Assembly: GCA_963707985.1 (NCBI GenBank)
Contig: CAVPRW010000013.1
Span: 1 to 64,000, forward strand
From: an uncultured Nitrospinota bacterium
GTDB taxonomy: Bacteria; Tectomicrobia; Entotheonellia; J063; CAVPRW01
Direction of reading: 5' to 3'
DNA: 64,000 nucleotides
This document shows positions 1 to 11,081 of the stretch, one piece after another. Each line of letters opens with the position of its first letter. Positions within the stretch are counted from its first letter, which is position 1. The notes below the pieces were generated by a model. That model was not told the origin of the DNA. It saw only the letters and a list, made by a program, of their open reading frames with translations, and did not search any database. Position numbers and translations under genes: made by a program.

Positions 1-68
1 TTTGCTCGACAGGTGTAATTTGGCGTAGTCACGTAGGATCAGACGAGAACCATGCTATGCCCTTTGAC

Positions 69-122
69 ACATAGCGCCCGCGCTCACCGGCGCTGTTAAG
101 CGTCCGGTGCAGCGCGTTGTCA
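69..122 (-). other. attC site (short, atypical R' GCTATGT)
   Basis: Minus strand TGACAAC-GCGCTGCACCGG...CCGGTGAGCGCGGGC-GCTATGT imperfect hairpin; R'' overlaps the TGA stop of the upstream ORF. Confidence 0.7.
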
Positions 123-821
123 TGCATCTGGTCTCCGTCGCCGTTCCCTTCGCTCCTGCGCAAGCTTCAATCGCATGGGTTCAGTATAGATTCGCTCAAG
201 GAGTACTGCTGTGAAGTCTAGGAGGTCTTCCGCATCTTCCTTCGTTAATGTCCCAGCGTGGGCCGCATCGTTTTCATCCTCCCTTACACATAACGACAGT
301 TCCCGAAGCGTCTCTGGGAGGAGACCATTGTCGAAAAGCCAGGGAAGTCTGAGTCCGAGATTCCGCCTGGTCCTCGCATTGAGCCCCTGCACGTCCTCTT
401 CGGGTAATAGAGCAGTCGTCACAAGATCAATACAGAGGCGGAACATTGCTCCAGCCGCATTGTTGCATCCAACTGCCAAGCACGTAGCCCCTTCTCGAAA
501 AACGGCCTCAATAGTCTCAGGGACAAACTCAGGAGGCTCGACAGTGGCAGTATCTTTCAGGGTAATCGTACCCTCTGTAGTTACGAACCTATTGACCGCC
601 CCTTCGATTATAACGAGACCCGTTCTGTGCACGTACTGGTAGTCGCCGTCGACGCTTTGCGAGAGAACAAACGTGGTTGAGCGAAGGCATTGACGGCAGA
701 CGCAAAAGGTCTCATACCAGTTCTGCCAGTCGTAGTAGATCCGCGTTTTAATCGCACTAACAAGGTCGAAGGTGATCTTGTTTGCACCGCGTCTTGGGCA
801 GTTCGCTACGAGTTGCGCCAT
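120..821 (-). CDS. DUF4145-domain cassette protein
   Basis: C-terminal FREGATCL...AAGAMFRLCIDL...NLGLRL...NDAAH pattern; start taken at MAQLVANCP. Confidence 0.7.
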   Translation of the reverse strand: MAQLVANCPRRGANKITFDLVSAIKTRIYYDWQNWYETFCVCRQCLRSTTFVLSQSVDGDYQYVHRTGLVIIEGAVNRFVTTEGTITLKDTATVEPPEFVPETIEAVFREGATCLAVGCNNAAGAMFRLCIDLVTTALLPEEDVQGLNARTRRNLGLRLPWLFDNGLLPETLRELSLCVREDENDAAHAGTLTKEDAEDLLDFTAVLLERIYTEPMRLKLAQERRERRRRPDA

Positions 822-880
822 TTCATCGTGCCTTCCATGATGCATAATCGGGATAGGGAGGGGCCTCAGGGCCCACCGGT

Positions 881-1344
881 CTCAACTTAAGGATCTCCCC
901 AAATGAGGGGGACTCCAGTTGCTGGCTCTCACGGTGCCGCGTACGCCATCGCTTGACGATACCTAGGAGTTTGGCATGCTCTTTCAGAACCAGTATCAGA
1001 TCCTCGTACTCGCCGCGCTGCACCGCACGGCCATCGTGGTACAAGGCGCGAAAGACCATCTCCACCGACATCCGCTCCAACGGTTCGCCCAACGCCAGTG
1101 CGACCTGCTGGCAGATCGTCAGCAAGACGGCGTAAAAAATCAGCGTTGCGTAGATCTGCAACTGGATCGCATTGGGAGAGCCCGTCCACACGTACGCCAG
1201 ATCCAAGACCCGTTTGGTCAGCGCGACGGCGTCCTCGATCCGCCAGCGCCGCCGAGACCGCTCACAGACGTGGCGGGCCGACAACACCTGAGGATCGAGG
1301 ACATTCGTCAGACGGATCTTCCTCCCTCGCTCTAATGATTTCAA
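881..1344 (-). pseudogene. IS4-family transposase, C-terminal fragment
   Basis: LTNVLDP...RRWRIEDAVALTKRVLDL (degenerate YxxRWxIE motif) and NAIQLQIYATLIFY; no N-terminus. Confidence 0.7.
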
Positions 1345-1393
1345 TCACTTAGCTCATTTGTAGGCATGTAATGACTCTAGTAATTTCAAGCAC

Positions 1394-1633
1394 TTACGCG
1401 GCTATGGGGGAAGATGGGTCAAACTGCGCGATGGTGATCTCGTCGATGCCGGCACCGCCGCGATTCTTCTTGACCTTCTCCCAGGCCAGCTCTAAGTTCT
1501 TTCGACTGCACACCTTGTCGAGCAGCGAGTGGACTTTCTTCTTCCCCTGTCTTCCTGCCGATGCGTGTGGGTTCTGTGGTTCCACGGTCTCCTCCGTACC
1601 GGCGTTGGGTCTTTCGCCCAGGGACCTTTCCAA
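1394..1633 (-). pseudogene. Group II intron reverse transcriptase, N-terminal fragment
   Basis: KVHSLLDKVCSRKNLELAWEKVKKNRGGAGIDEITIAQF is an RT0-type segment; truncated at about 1420. Confidence 0.85.
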
Positions 1634-2362
1634 CCTCCCAGGACCTACTCACCGCTTTCCTCACGTTGCCCTCGCTCAGCAACGCACGGGGCCTTCCCCC
1701 TCCGCCAGACCTGTTGCGTCCGGCGGCGCCGCTGCTCCTGGCAGCGGTCCACGGCCTTTGGCTGTGGCCTCGTTCCTGAGTCATATGCCCCGCTCCGACT
1801 CCTGGCACCGCGTCGGCCGGAACTTCGCTCGCGCTTCTATCCGCGCCTACCGCTCGGTGGCTTCAGGCCGAGGTTTGTGTGCCCCGTTGCCCGCCCTTTC
1901 GTCTGCGGGTGTCACACGATGTCGACCATACCTACCGTTTGGACGATACCAGGTCTCCCTGGGTCACCCGCGCCTCTTCCCCACCGTGTCGTCCGCACAC
2001 ACCGTGGTGCGATGGGGGGGAACCATGCGCCTTCGCCTCCATAGTGCAGGCTCGACCATTCCCCATCTTTGGCCGACCGGTTCATCCTGGGGATGCCTCC
2101 CCTCGATGACGACCCGGTGGTTCTCCGCAAGCCCTTCAGACCCCACCTCGCGGTGGGCGCCCTGCCCTCCGGAGTCCTGCGAGACGGTGGCTTCAGGTCC
2201 CCCTTGGCGGTGTCCGGCTTTGGCCTTTGTGCCCGTATAGGGTTCTCCATACCTGCCTCTCTCTCCGGCCGGTAAGGCATTACCCCTACCTTTGGATATC
2301 GGCCCGTGGTCTCGGGCCGAGCGGGACTTTAACCCGCCTGAGACGCGTGCTGCCAGGCACAC
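1420..2362 (-). mobile_element. Group II intron 5' part (inner, nested; 3'-truncated)
   Basis: Starts GTGTGCCTGGCAGCACGCGTCTCAGGCGGGTTAAAGTCCCG; contains CCAGGGAGACCTG and GGAGTCGGAGCGGGGCAT (domain II/III-like); leads into the RT fragment. Confidence 0.8.
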
Positions 2363-2718
2363 ACTACGGCCTCGGCTGACTTCTGCGAGGTGGTCAGGGG
2401 GGATTGCTCCGCCCTCAGTCCTCCATGAGGACACCCCACAGATCTCCCGCGGTCAGCTGTCATACCTTCGGTGCATAGACGCCGGATGTGATCAAGCACG
2501 CCCCACCTGTGGATGGAGGACTTTGTGGTCGCGTGCCCGCTCGTCCCGAGGGTACCACACCTCGTATCCGGTTCGTGTCCCTCGCCCCGCACCTTCGTTC
2601 CACGCGTCCTTCAGACCCCACCTCGCGGTGACGCCCTGGCGCTTCCCTTGTCCTTCGGCTCTACGCACACCTGGACAGGGGACTTTCACCCCCAAGCATG
2701 ACCGCATGCACGGCACAC
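2363..2718 (-). mobile_element. Group IIC-like intron 5' part (outer), inserted in attC R'
   Basis: Starts GTGTGCCGTGCATG...GGGGTGAAAGTCCCC; compact domain I, CGCGGGAGATCTG, domain III-like GAAGTCAGCCGAGGCCGTAGT, where it is interrupted. Confidence 0.8.
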
Positions 2719-2786
2719 ACGCTGGCGGTGAGCGGCTGGGAAAACGCGCCAGCTTTTTTCCAGTCCGCTCCACTGCTTTGTTCGGC
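2719..2786 (-). other. attC site with R' interrupted by a group II intron
   Basis: GCCGAAC AAAGC AGTGGAGC ... GCTCACC GCCAGC GT|intron. Confidence 0.85.
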
Positions 2787-2906
2787 CAAGTCGGGGCATA
2801 AGGGAGTACTATACTCTGCCCTGCTATGCCTCTACCTTTCTGCCACTGGAGGGCCATGATGAGACCACCAAGGTCCAGTGCAGGATCGTAGATTGCCAGG
2901 CAAGGT

Positions 2907-3206
2907 TCAGGCCACGTGTGGATGGACTTCCTCTTCGAGTCTGGCCCCGAGCACTTCGCGGGCTTTTTCCACATCATAATCCGCCTGCAACCCCATCCAC
3001 ACCTCAACGGAAGTCCCGAAGTACCGCGCGAGGCGCAACGCGGTATCCGCTGTGACAGCGCGTTTCCCCTGGACAATCTCGTTCACGCGGCGGGGGAGCA
3101 CCCCGATGTCCTTCGCCAAACGGTACTGGCTGATCCCCATTGGTTTCAGAAAGTCTTCGAGCAGAACCTCGCCCGGATGGACTGGGGGGAGTTTTTCCGT
3201 GTGCAT
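2907..3206 (-). CDS. higA: HigA-family antitoxin
   Basis: PVHPGEVLLEDFLKPMGISQYRLAKDIGV...TADTALRLARYFGTS..WMGLQADYD. Confidence 0.92.
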   Translation of the reverse strand: MHTEKLPPVHPGEVLLEDFLKPMGISQYRLAKDIGVLPRRVNEIVQGKRAVTADTALRLARYFGTSVEVWMGLQADYDVEKAREVLGARLEEEVHPHVA

Positions 3207-3215
3207 GGCATCCTC

Positions 3216-3498
3216 TTAGTGATAATCCACAATCTCAACGTCATTAGCATCGCCCTCGCACCACACAAAACAGAGACGCCACTGATCATTGATGCGAAGG
3301 CTGTACTGGCCTCTGCGGTCGCCCTGTAATGCCTCCAGGCGATTGGCCGGAGGGATGCGGAGATCTTGCTAAGGTCTTGGCGTTCTTCAAGTAGCCCAGT
3401 TTGCGTCGCGCCACGCTTTGGATATCGCTGGGTAACTTACGTGACCGTTGACCTATAGCAATCTTTTCCGTTTCAGGGCAGGCGAAAGTCTTAATCAT
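3216..3498 (-). pseudogene. higB: HigB (RelE/ParE-family) toxin, frameshifted near 3370
   Basis: MIKTFACPETEKI...ARRKL, continuing in another frame DLRIPPANRLEALQGDRRGQYSLRINDQWRLCFVW...VEIVDYH*. Confidence 0.88.
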
Positions 3499-3551
3499 GA
3501 GGCTATGATACCGAGAGACGATAATACCGTCAAGCGATATTATGGGGTGGG

Positions 3552-3634
3552 GCCGAACGCCGGGCGTGAGCTGCTGCCGGAAGCGGAAGCGGAGCGGACG
3601 CTGGAGGCAGTCAGCTCCACGCCCGGCGTTCGGC
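3552..3634 (-). other. attC site
   Basis: GCCGAAC GCCGGG CGTGGAGC ... GCTCACG CCCGGC GTTCGGC, with one extra base on the L'' arm. Confidence 0.88.
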
Positions 3635-3798
3635 GCAGGCTCTGGCAGGGACATAGCGTTTCCCTCCAGCCGTATAGCTCTGACGCTCACCTGTGGTTTG
3701 CTCACTCAGCGCGCATCCCGCCCCTGTCTGGCACACCGACACTGACCCCGGTCTTCATTCCTCTCGGCGTCCCCTCTGCCATCGGGAGGGAGCCCAGG

Positions 3799-4539
3799 TT
3801 ACTTCTGACAGACCAACCCGATGACCGGACAATTGGCGTGGAAATCGTGCCAATACGCTGCCCCGTAGTGCGCCACGTCTTCCGGCGCCACCTCCGAGGG
3901 GTACCAGACGACGTCCCGGAACCCCACCTCCGTGAGCGCCCACTCATACGTCACCTGGTTCCACTGGACGTACCGCAAGGGGGTGGGCGGCTCCGTCATA
4001 AACTCCGCGTCGCACACGTACCGGTCCGCCTCGGGGACCTGACGGAGCACCGTGAACCCGTACTTCGTGCTGTTCGGCTTGCTGAGGGTGAAGTCTGGAT
4101 TGATGAGGTAGGCGATGAAGCGTCCTCCCACCACCAGGTTGTCATAGGCGCTTCTGCACATGCCCCGCAGCTGCTTCTTGCTCGTGGCATAGTGGAGCAG
4201 ATGGAACGCGGTAATCAGATCGAAGGGGCCCAGCAGAGGGAGTGTCACGGCGTCACCCACCTGGTACGTGATGCCCAGCGGAGCCGCCTGCTCCTGCTGC
4301 TGCGCGAGGCGGATCATCTCGGACGAGATATCGACCCCGAGCACCTGTGCCGCGCCGTGTTGCTTTAACAACCGCGTATAAAAGCCGAAGCCGCAGGCCA
4401 GATCGAGGGCGTGCTGCCCAGTGAGCGCTCCCACCATGCGGAAGAACGTATAACGCTCCGCCTGCTTCAGTGTGGCAGCGCGGGCGTACTCGTCGTATTT
4501 GCTGCCGATGTGGTCATACTGCGCGCCTTGCTCCGCCAT
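3799..4539 (-). CDS. Class I SAM-dependent methyltransferase cassette
   Basis: LDLACGFG and VLGVDISSEMI motifs; start at MAEQ after GGAGGAG; the longer ORF runs through an attC. Confidence 0.88.
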   Translation of the reverse strand: MAEQGAQYDHIGSKYDEYARAATLKQAERYTFFRMVGALTGQHALDLACGFGFYTRLLKQHGAAQVLGVDISSEMIRLAQQQEQAAPLGITYQVGDAVTLPLLGPFDLITAFHLLHYATSKKQLRGMCRSAYDNLVVGGRFIAYLINPDFTLSKPNSTKYGFTVLRQVPEADRYVCDAEFMTEPPTPLRYVQWNQVTYEWALTEVGFRDVVWYPSEVAPEDVAHYGAAYWHDFHANCPVIGLVCQK

Positions 4540-4587
4540 AGGCTCCTCCGTGTTTTCGTGTATCTCCCCTGTTGAACGCTCAGGTAC

Positions 4588-4675
4588 GCCGAACGCTGGC
4601 GGTGAGCTGCGCCTACCAGCGGGAGCGAGGTACGAGCGGACGCTGGTGGGCGTCGGCTCCACTGCGTGGTTAGGC
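4588..4675 (-). other. attC site
   Basis: GCCTAAC CACGC AGTGGAGC ... GCTCACC GCCAGC GTTCGGC. Confidence 0.9.
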
Positions 4676-5080
4676 GAGTTTCGGTTTGTCTTACGCAATG
4701 GTGCCAAAAATCAACTACTTGTAATGGACGAAAGATAAGGTAATAGATTATCGGTACTGGCATACCACACCTTTGCGGACCATGGGTTAGCCTTCTGGAG
4801 ATATTCCCAGTAGGGAAGACTGCTGACGTGAGTCACTTCAATCGCGCCCCCCTAGCAGCAGATAGGGCCTCATCAGCAGCACATCGTCCTCGGTTGCGGG
4901 TTGCACAGCAACTTCACCGGCGTCCATGGAATTGGGATAGGCCCCTCCATCGCAGCAAAACCTAGTCTATCAATGCGTTCTGCATCGTCTCCCGCGCCAA
5001 AGCATCGCTAGTAACGAGCAGTCAGCCGCGATTCGATGAGAGGACAATTTCGCGCCTGTCTATCGTCCAGATCAATCCCA

Positions 5081-7878
5081 TCAGCCAGGGCGTGCATTTT
5101 TCTTTTTTCGCAACTCTGCTGCCACCTTCTCAATGCCGTCCGCCACGTTGCGCCACGCCTGATCTTTGTTCTTCCACATATCCACCGCCTTGCCCTTGTC
5201 CGGCAACGCTTCCAGTTTGGCGAACGTCGCAGTGTTCCATTTGACATCGCGGATGATGATCGGGATGACCACAGCGCCTCGCCCTTTGTGTGCCGTTCCA
5301 GCGCGCGTTTCATCTCGATTTCCCAGCAGTAATCCGAACGCGATGAAATCGGCACTGACTAGTAGCAGAATGATCTTCGCGTGTTCTAGGTTGGCGTCAA
5401 TCACGTCTTTCCATTCCGCGCCCGGCTTAATCAACCGGTCGTGCCACGTCGCAATCAACCGCTGCCGTTGCAGCAATTTCAAATGCGGCTCCAACGCCAA
5501 ACGGAACCGCTCATCCTTATGCGCGTAGCTGATGAAGACGCGCACCGGCTCCTCGCGCATTGCCGCCAACTCTTCTCGGCGGTCTTCGCGGCGGCGCGTG
5601 CCTTCCATGTCTACGCCGTTGAGCAATTCTTGCACGTCAACCTGAACGACCGTTTTACCGACGACTTTGGGAAATGTCTTCATGCCGTTCTGTTCATAGA
5701 CCAGCAATTCGTCATAGGTCACAGACTCGTCTGGGTGTTCGTGCAGCGGCACCATTTCCGCCGGCTTGAATTTCAGATCGGCGTGGATGCGCTCGAAATC
5801 CGAGCGAATGATGGCCAGCAAGCGGCGGCGTGCTTCCGCTTGCCGGTTATTTGTATGTAGACCTTCTTGTCCACCATATCGGCCTTGACCAGCGCGCGCC
5901 CTTCTTCAAAGCGCAGCACCACACCCGTGCGCCAGCGGTATTCGCCTTCACTCAGACTGTGCGTGCGCACGATGAAGCGCGGCAGCAGACCTTCAGGCAG
6001 CACCTCGTATTCGTAGCGGAAATTTAGACACTGCGCTGCGGTTGAACGCCGCCACTTCCGGCTCCTGGATGTCGAGCAGTTCGGGGATCAGGTAGTGCGT
6101 GTCACCGTCGGGAAACGCGAAGCACAGCTCGAACTTTTTCATCAGGTCGAGGATGAAAGGGTGCATGTGCACCGGGTAGTCTTTGGCGGGTAGAATCGTT
6201 TTCAGATCGCGCACGCGCAATTCGCCGTGTTTGTCGGCCAGTTGCGGGGTGTTGAGGATGGTGTAAATTCCTTCGGTCACCCAATGCGGTTTCAACACGT
6301 GCGTATCCTGCAATCGCTCGTCTTCGCGGAAATTGAGCATCACGCCCAGATCGTGCAGGTATCGCCCCAGCAGGTTTTGCTGCGCCTCGGATTTCACTTG
6401 CAACCGGCGGCATCTTTGCGGTATTCGTCGAAGCTGACGAAGTTTTTGCGCAGGCGGGGCAGATGGTCTTTGACGGCGAACCATTCGGACGGGAACCCGT
6501 CGCGCAGGTGCGGCAGCGCGTCGATTTCGCGTTTGATGCGGCGGTGCAGTTCGTCATCCCCGAACAGTCATCGCAATCGGTCTTGAGGAAGCCGCGAATG
6601 AAGGGATATTTGCCCTGCAACTGGCGCTGGTTCACCTCGCAGGGATGTTCGCGCTGTTTGTTGAGCACGACCAGCACGGGCGATTCGCCGCCGAAACTTT
6701 CGATCAGCTTCAACCAGTATTCGGCGTCCTGATCCGCGCTACCTTCGCGCCCGCTCAGCACCAGCAGGTAGAGGCTGCGCCGCGTGAGGAAGAATTGATG
6801 CGTCGCGTGCATGATCTCCTGCCCGCCGAAATCCCATACGTTTAGGTGCGCTTGTTCGCCGCCATCGGCAGTGGCACATCCCAGCGGTGATCTTGATGCC
6901 CTCGGTCTTTTTCTCCTTGCCGAAGGTGTTGTGCAGCAGTCGGTTGACCAGCGATGTTTTTCCCACCGCGCCGCGCCCGACGAGGATCAGTTTGGCTTCG
7001 AGCAGCGGACGTTTACGGCGGAAGTAGTAGTCGAGGATGTCTGCCGGATTTGCACTCTGTGTTTCGGGCGGACCAAACTCATTCGGAGCTGGCCCCAGTA
7101 TTTCCTCTGGGATGCCTAGCGCAGGATTACCATAAAGAGAAAGTTCTTGCAGCGCCGTACACTGACGCAGGCCTTTGGGCAATTCCCGCAGTTGATTATT
7201 GGCCAGCTCAAGCCGTCTAAGCTGTCGTAGTTCGCCCATCGCCGCAGGGAGGTTCGTCAGTTGATTGTTATTGAGAAAAAGGTCACGAAGTTGTGTCAAC
7301 TTACATAACGCAGCGGGCAACTCACTCAGTTTGTTGCGTCCAATCTGAAGACGTTGAAGTTGACCGAGTTCACCCAATGAGTTGGGTAGTTTAGTGATTT
7401 GATTGTCCCAGAGATAAAGCCCTCGAAGCTGCCGGAACTCGGAGATATCGCTGGGTAATGTGGTTAGTCGATTTGCTATTGAGCATCAAGTGTTGAAGCT
7501 GGCGCAATTTATCCAACACGTAGGCCAGTCTGTTAGATCGGTATTTTCAAGACTGAGGCTCTTGAGTTGCTTTAATTCACCCAATTCGTCGGGCACCTCT
7601 CGCAGTTGATTGGTGTTGAAATCAAGCTCTTGAAGCTGCCGCAACTCTCTCAGAGCTGCGGGCACTTCTCGGAGTTGATTATTCCTGAGATCAAGCGTTT
7701 GAAGCCGCTGCAATTCACCTAGCGTGGCGGGCACTTCCGTGATTCCGAGACCCGATAAATCCAACTCGGTGGTGTTCCGTCGGCGCGCCTCAGCAATCCG
7801 CGCTTCCGCTTCCGCCATTGGATCGGGCATAGTTGCACGGGCGGACGGCTTGGTCTGACGGGCGGTTTTTTTCGGCAC
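5081..7878 (-). pseudogene. LRR-Roc-COR-TIR (Roco-family) protein, multiple frameshifts
   Basis: LRRs (LDLRNNQLREVP), Roc GRGAVGKTSL and HATHQFFLT, COR YLHDLGVMLNF..PHWVTEGIY, TIR VFISYAHKD...LLLVSADFIA/SDYCWEIE; GTG start after GGAGG. Confidence 0.85.
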
Positions 7879-8157
7879 GGTTGTGATTCCTCCTGTATAG
7901 CGGTCCCGCCAGATGGTTGGGAGGTTCCCTGACTGCATTGCTACTCGACTATTCGTTGTTGCTGCTTCGGCTCAATAACGGTGACAGCTTTTCAAGAAAA
8001 CGTATTCCGCAGGAAAACTCGGCGCATCGGAAATTCAAACGCTATTCTGCCACAGCGCGGCCAGCAATATACCCCACGTAGCAATTAAGTGGAACACTTT
8101 GTGATCCTATGTGATTAGGAACGACACTGCCTCCTTTCAGAGCCTTTCGCCTCAGGC

Positions 8158-8246
8158 GCCGAACGAATTAGCGTTAAGCGGCCGCGAGACCCATAGACGG
8201 AGATACCCCCGAGCTGGCCGCGGTCCGCTTCAACGCTTGGTTGGAC
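8158..8246 (-). other. attC site of IS91-transposase cassette (copy 1)
   Basis: GTCCAAC CAAGC GTTGAAGC ... GCTTAAC GCTAATTC GTTCGGC; closely similar to 14409-14497. Confidence 0.88.
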
Positions 8247-8485
8247 GGCCCGCGCACGATAGACGGTTGCTGACCGTTCGCTATGGAGATTGGACGGCAG
8301 TCCTCGCCGGCTGTTACGCCAGCAGGAGGCTCCAGTTACGTGCCTCAGGGGCGGTCGGCCCCACGACACCGGTAGTCGGGGTTGGCGGGGCGCGATGGGG
8401 CTCTCACACGGCCACCTGCACCCCTCGCCGGGCACGACCGGTCTCCTGAGGCACGGTCTCAAGCCTGCCGCGGCCACACTCCCCC

Positions 8486-9675
8486 TCATGCCACCTGCTC
8501 CCAGCCCGTCTGTGCGGGGGGTGGGACGCCAACCCGGGGGAGGAGCGCCGTGCACACCAGTCGCTGCCCACAGATCGGACAGCGTTCCGGATGCGCCTCC
8601 CCCCGCTCCGCACAAGCACTCTGCCAATCCCACGGCGGGGGTGCCTCCACCGGCCCCTGTCCGAGCTGCTGACGGCACACGGCCCACGCGATGCCCTGCG
8701 TGTGGGCATACAAGCCCCAGCAGCGCACCAGCACGGCCCCGGGTGGCGGCACATGCAGCCGCCAGCGCCCAATGAACTGCTCCAGGGGGAAGCGCATCGT
8801 CCGCTGCTGCGCCCGGCCGCCAGGGCCTTTGGCCCGCTCTTCATACCGGAAGACCACCTGCTGGCCATCACACGAGCACAGGCGCGCATTGGCGATCGGG
8901 CCCGCCGCGCAGGTACCGCGCGCGAGTAGACCAGGACCCCGTGCCCATAGGGGTAGCGTTCGCGGATGTGCACATGCCATTTCTGGCGGCCAAGCTTGTT
9001 CAGCAGATTCTCCACCTGCTGCTGCCGCTGCCCAGCCGGAAGCCGCAGCGTGCCGTCCACCAACCCCTGGCGGATGGCTGCTCGCAGCTTGCCCCGGAAG
9101 AGCGCCATGACCACCCGCATCGGCAGCAGAAACCCATGCCGCACCGCCACCCACTGGCCCGCCTGGCTCAGCCCCCCACCAGTCACCAGACAGTGAATGT
9201 GCGGATGCAGAAGCAGGGTCTGCGTCCAGGTATGCAGCGTCGCGATGATGCCGGGCTTCGCCCCCAGGTACTTCCCATCCCCCAGCAGCTCTACGAGCGT
9301 GTCGTGGACGCTGGTAAACAGCAGCTGCGTCATGACAGGCACGTTAGCCAACCACAGCTCGTTCAGTTCATGAGGGATCGTCAAGATGACATGATAATGC
9401 TCGCAGGCCAGCAGCCGCGCCTTTTGCTTGGCCAGCCAGCGTTCCACCTGCACCCAGGCACCTTGCGGACACATCCGGTGGCGACCCGAATTGTACCAAA
9501 TCCGTTCGACATGGCCCGCGGGACACGCCTGCACATGCCCGCCCAACAGCGCGGTCCGACACGCCAGGATCGCCGAAACCGCACGCCGCACATGCTCGGG
9601 CACTGCATGACAGCGCTCATACGCCGCATAACCTCGCTGCAAGATCGCTTGAAGTGTGAGCGTACCGGTGTCCAA
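8486..9675 (-). pseudogene. IS91-family (HUH/Y2) transposase, frameshifted copy
   Basis: Zn-finger CRT..LGGH..ACP, HPHIHCLV; frameshift near 8930 destroys YLARY; two Cys-to-Gly changes relative to the 14725 copy. Confidence 0.9.
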
Positions 9676-9751
9676 ACGCTCTCCATCTCTGCTTCAGCAT
9701 CGTTTGATCCTGGCCGACGTTGGCACCACCTCCCCCGCGGCATGCGGGTCA

Positions 9752-9839
9752 GTCCAACGCTGCGGCTCAGCCGCGCCCGACAGCCGGAGCGAGGCACGAG
9801 CGGACGCTGTTGGCCGTCGCCTGCAGCCGGTTGTTCGGC
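9752..9839 (-). other. attC site
   Basis: GCCGAAC AACCG GCTGCAGG ... GCTGAGC CGCAGC GTTGGAC. Confidence 0.88.
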
Positions 9840-9893
9840 CTTGTACCGGTGCCTGGTGAGCTAGAGGAAGGGTTCCTGAGACCTTCTCTCACC

Positions 9894-10726
9894 TCACGAC
9901 TTGCGGCCCAGCGCGAAAATGCACGGGTTGTCCACCCAAATCCCCTGATCTGTCGCCAAGGCGCTCACGTCCGCCAGATGTTCAGCCCTGAACTGGTCAA
10001 GCTTGTCGGGCGGTACCTGCGAGAGGAGGTCACGCCTGCCGCCGTTCCAGCGGACGGTATCTTCCCAGTAGGCGTTCGCGTCGCTGAGATAATAGCCGAG
10101 TTGCTCTGTACGCACCTCCATGTCGCGGAAGCCCGCCTCCTGCAGGAGGTCCCGACACTGCTCGGGGGTGGCGAGCCGCTGGCGAGGGCGCTTAGGTGGT
10201 AGCGACACCCCATAGGTCTGAAGACGGTCAGTGAACATGGTCATCATGGGCTGAAAGAGGGTGGCACCAAACGCGGAGAACGCGACCCGGCCGCCTGGCC
10301 TGAGGACACGCTGCCACTCCAGTAATGCCTCAAGCATGTGGGGCAAGAAAAAAGAGGGCTGACGCACAGAGCACCGCGTCAAAGCTCTCGTCGGCGCAGT
10401 CGAGATGCTCTGCGTCCCCTCCCTGACCTCCACATTGGTCAGATCGGCCGCCACCATTTTCCGCCGCGCCTCCTGGAGCATTCCAGGGGTCATGTCCACG
10501 CCAATCACTGGCCGGCGGGACCAACGGTCCGACCCGCGGCCATAGCCGCCCAGCCCGTCCCGGTTGCGACATCCAGCACCTGTGCTCCGCTGCGTAGCCC
10601 GATCAGTTCCACGAGACGATGAGCGCATACGCGTACGTAGCGTTGGGTATCGTAGCCAGACGATACCAGACTGTACGCTATCAACCGTTGCTGTCGGTGT
10701 TCACTGCTCTCCACTGGGTCAACCAT
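9894..10726 (-). pseudogene. UbiE-like SAM methyltransferase cassette, frameshifted
   Basis: VLDVATGTG / VIGVDMTPGML / ESFDAVLC / RVLRPGGRVA, spread across three frames. Confidence 0.82.
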
Positions 10727-10801
10727 AGGATGAGTCCTTCTGAAGATTGTCTATGCCGTGGCAAAGGTGCAACCTGGTTTATGCTTCACAGTGAATTACG
10801 G

Positions 10802-10914
10802 GCCGAACGGTCCACGCTCAGCGGAGGGCGGCGAAACCACCACCTCCCCGTGTGTGTACCAACAACGTCGGCATCGCCACTGTCCCGCCCGTCCGCTGCA
10901 GCGGATGGTTAGGG
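10802..10914 (-). other. attC site
   Basis: CCCTAAC CATCC GCTGCAGC ... GCTGAGC GTGGACC GTTCGGC. Confidence 0.88.
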
Positions 10915-11081
10915 AGCTAAGGACTGGAAAGCAAAGGTATGAAACACGAAACTTAAGCTGCATGCAAGGTCACGAGAGTCTGGTATAGTCTGCAGAAGTC
11001 CGGAGACTCGAAGGTAGCGCTTATAAAGATAGGAGATACCTGTAAGGATAGGTCTCTTATAAACCTATTTGTAGGTGAAGC

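Noticed and set aside
1371..2801. Several long overlapping ORFs (also 12922-13710)
   Set aside because: They overlie group II intron RNA; spurious.
7150..7760. Roughly 69-bp imperfect repeats
   Set aside because: LRR coding repeats; no repeat-spacer structure and no cas genes in the window.
8158..8164. GTTC beside both transposase units as an IS91 target site
   Set aside because: It is simply the common R' (GTTCGGC) of most cassettes here, so it is not independent evidence of IS91-type targeting.
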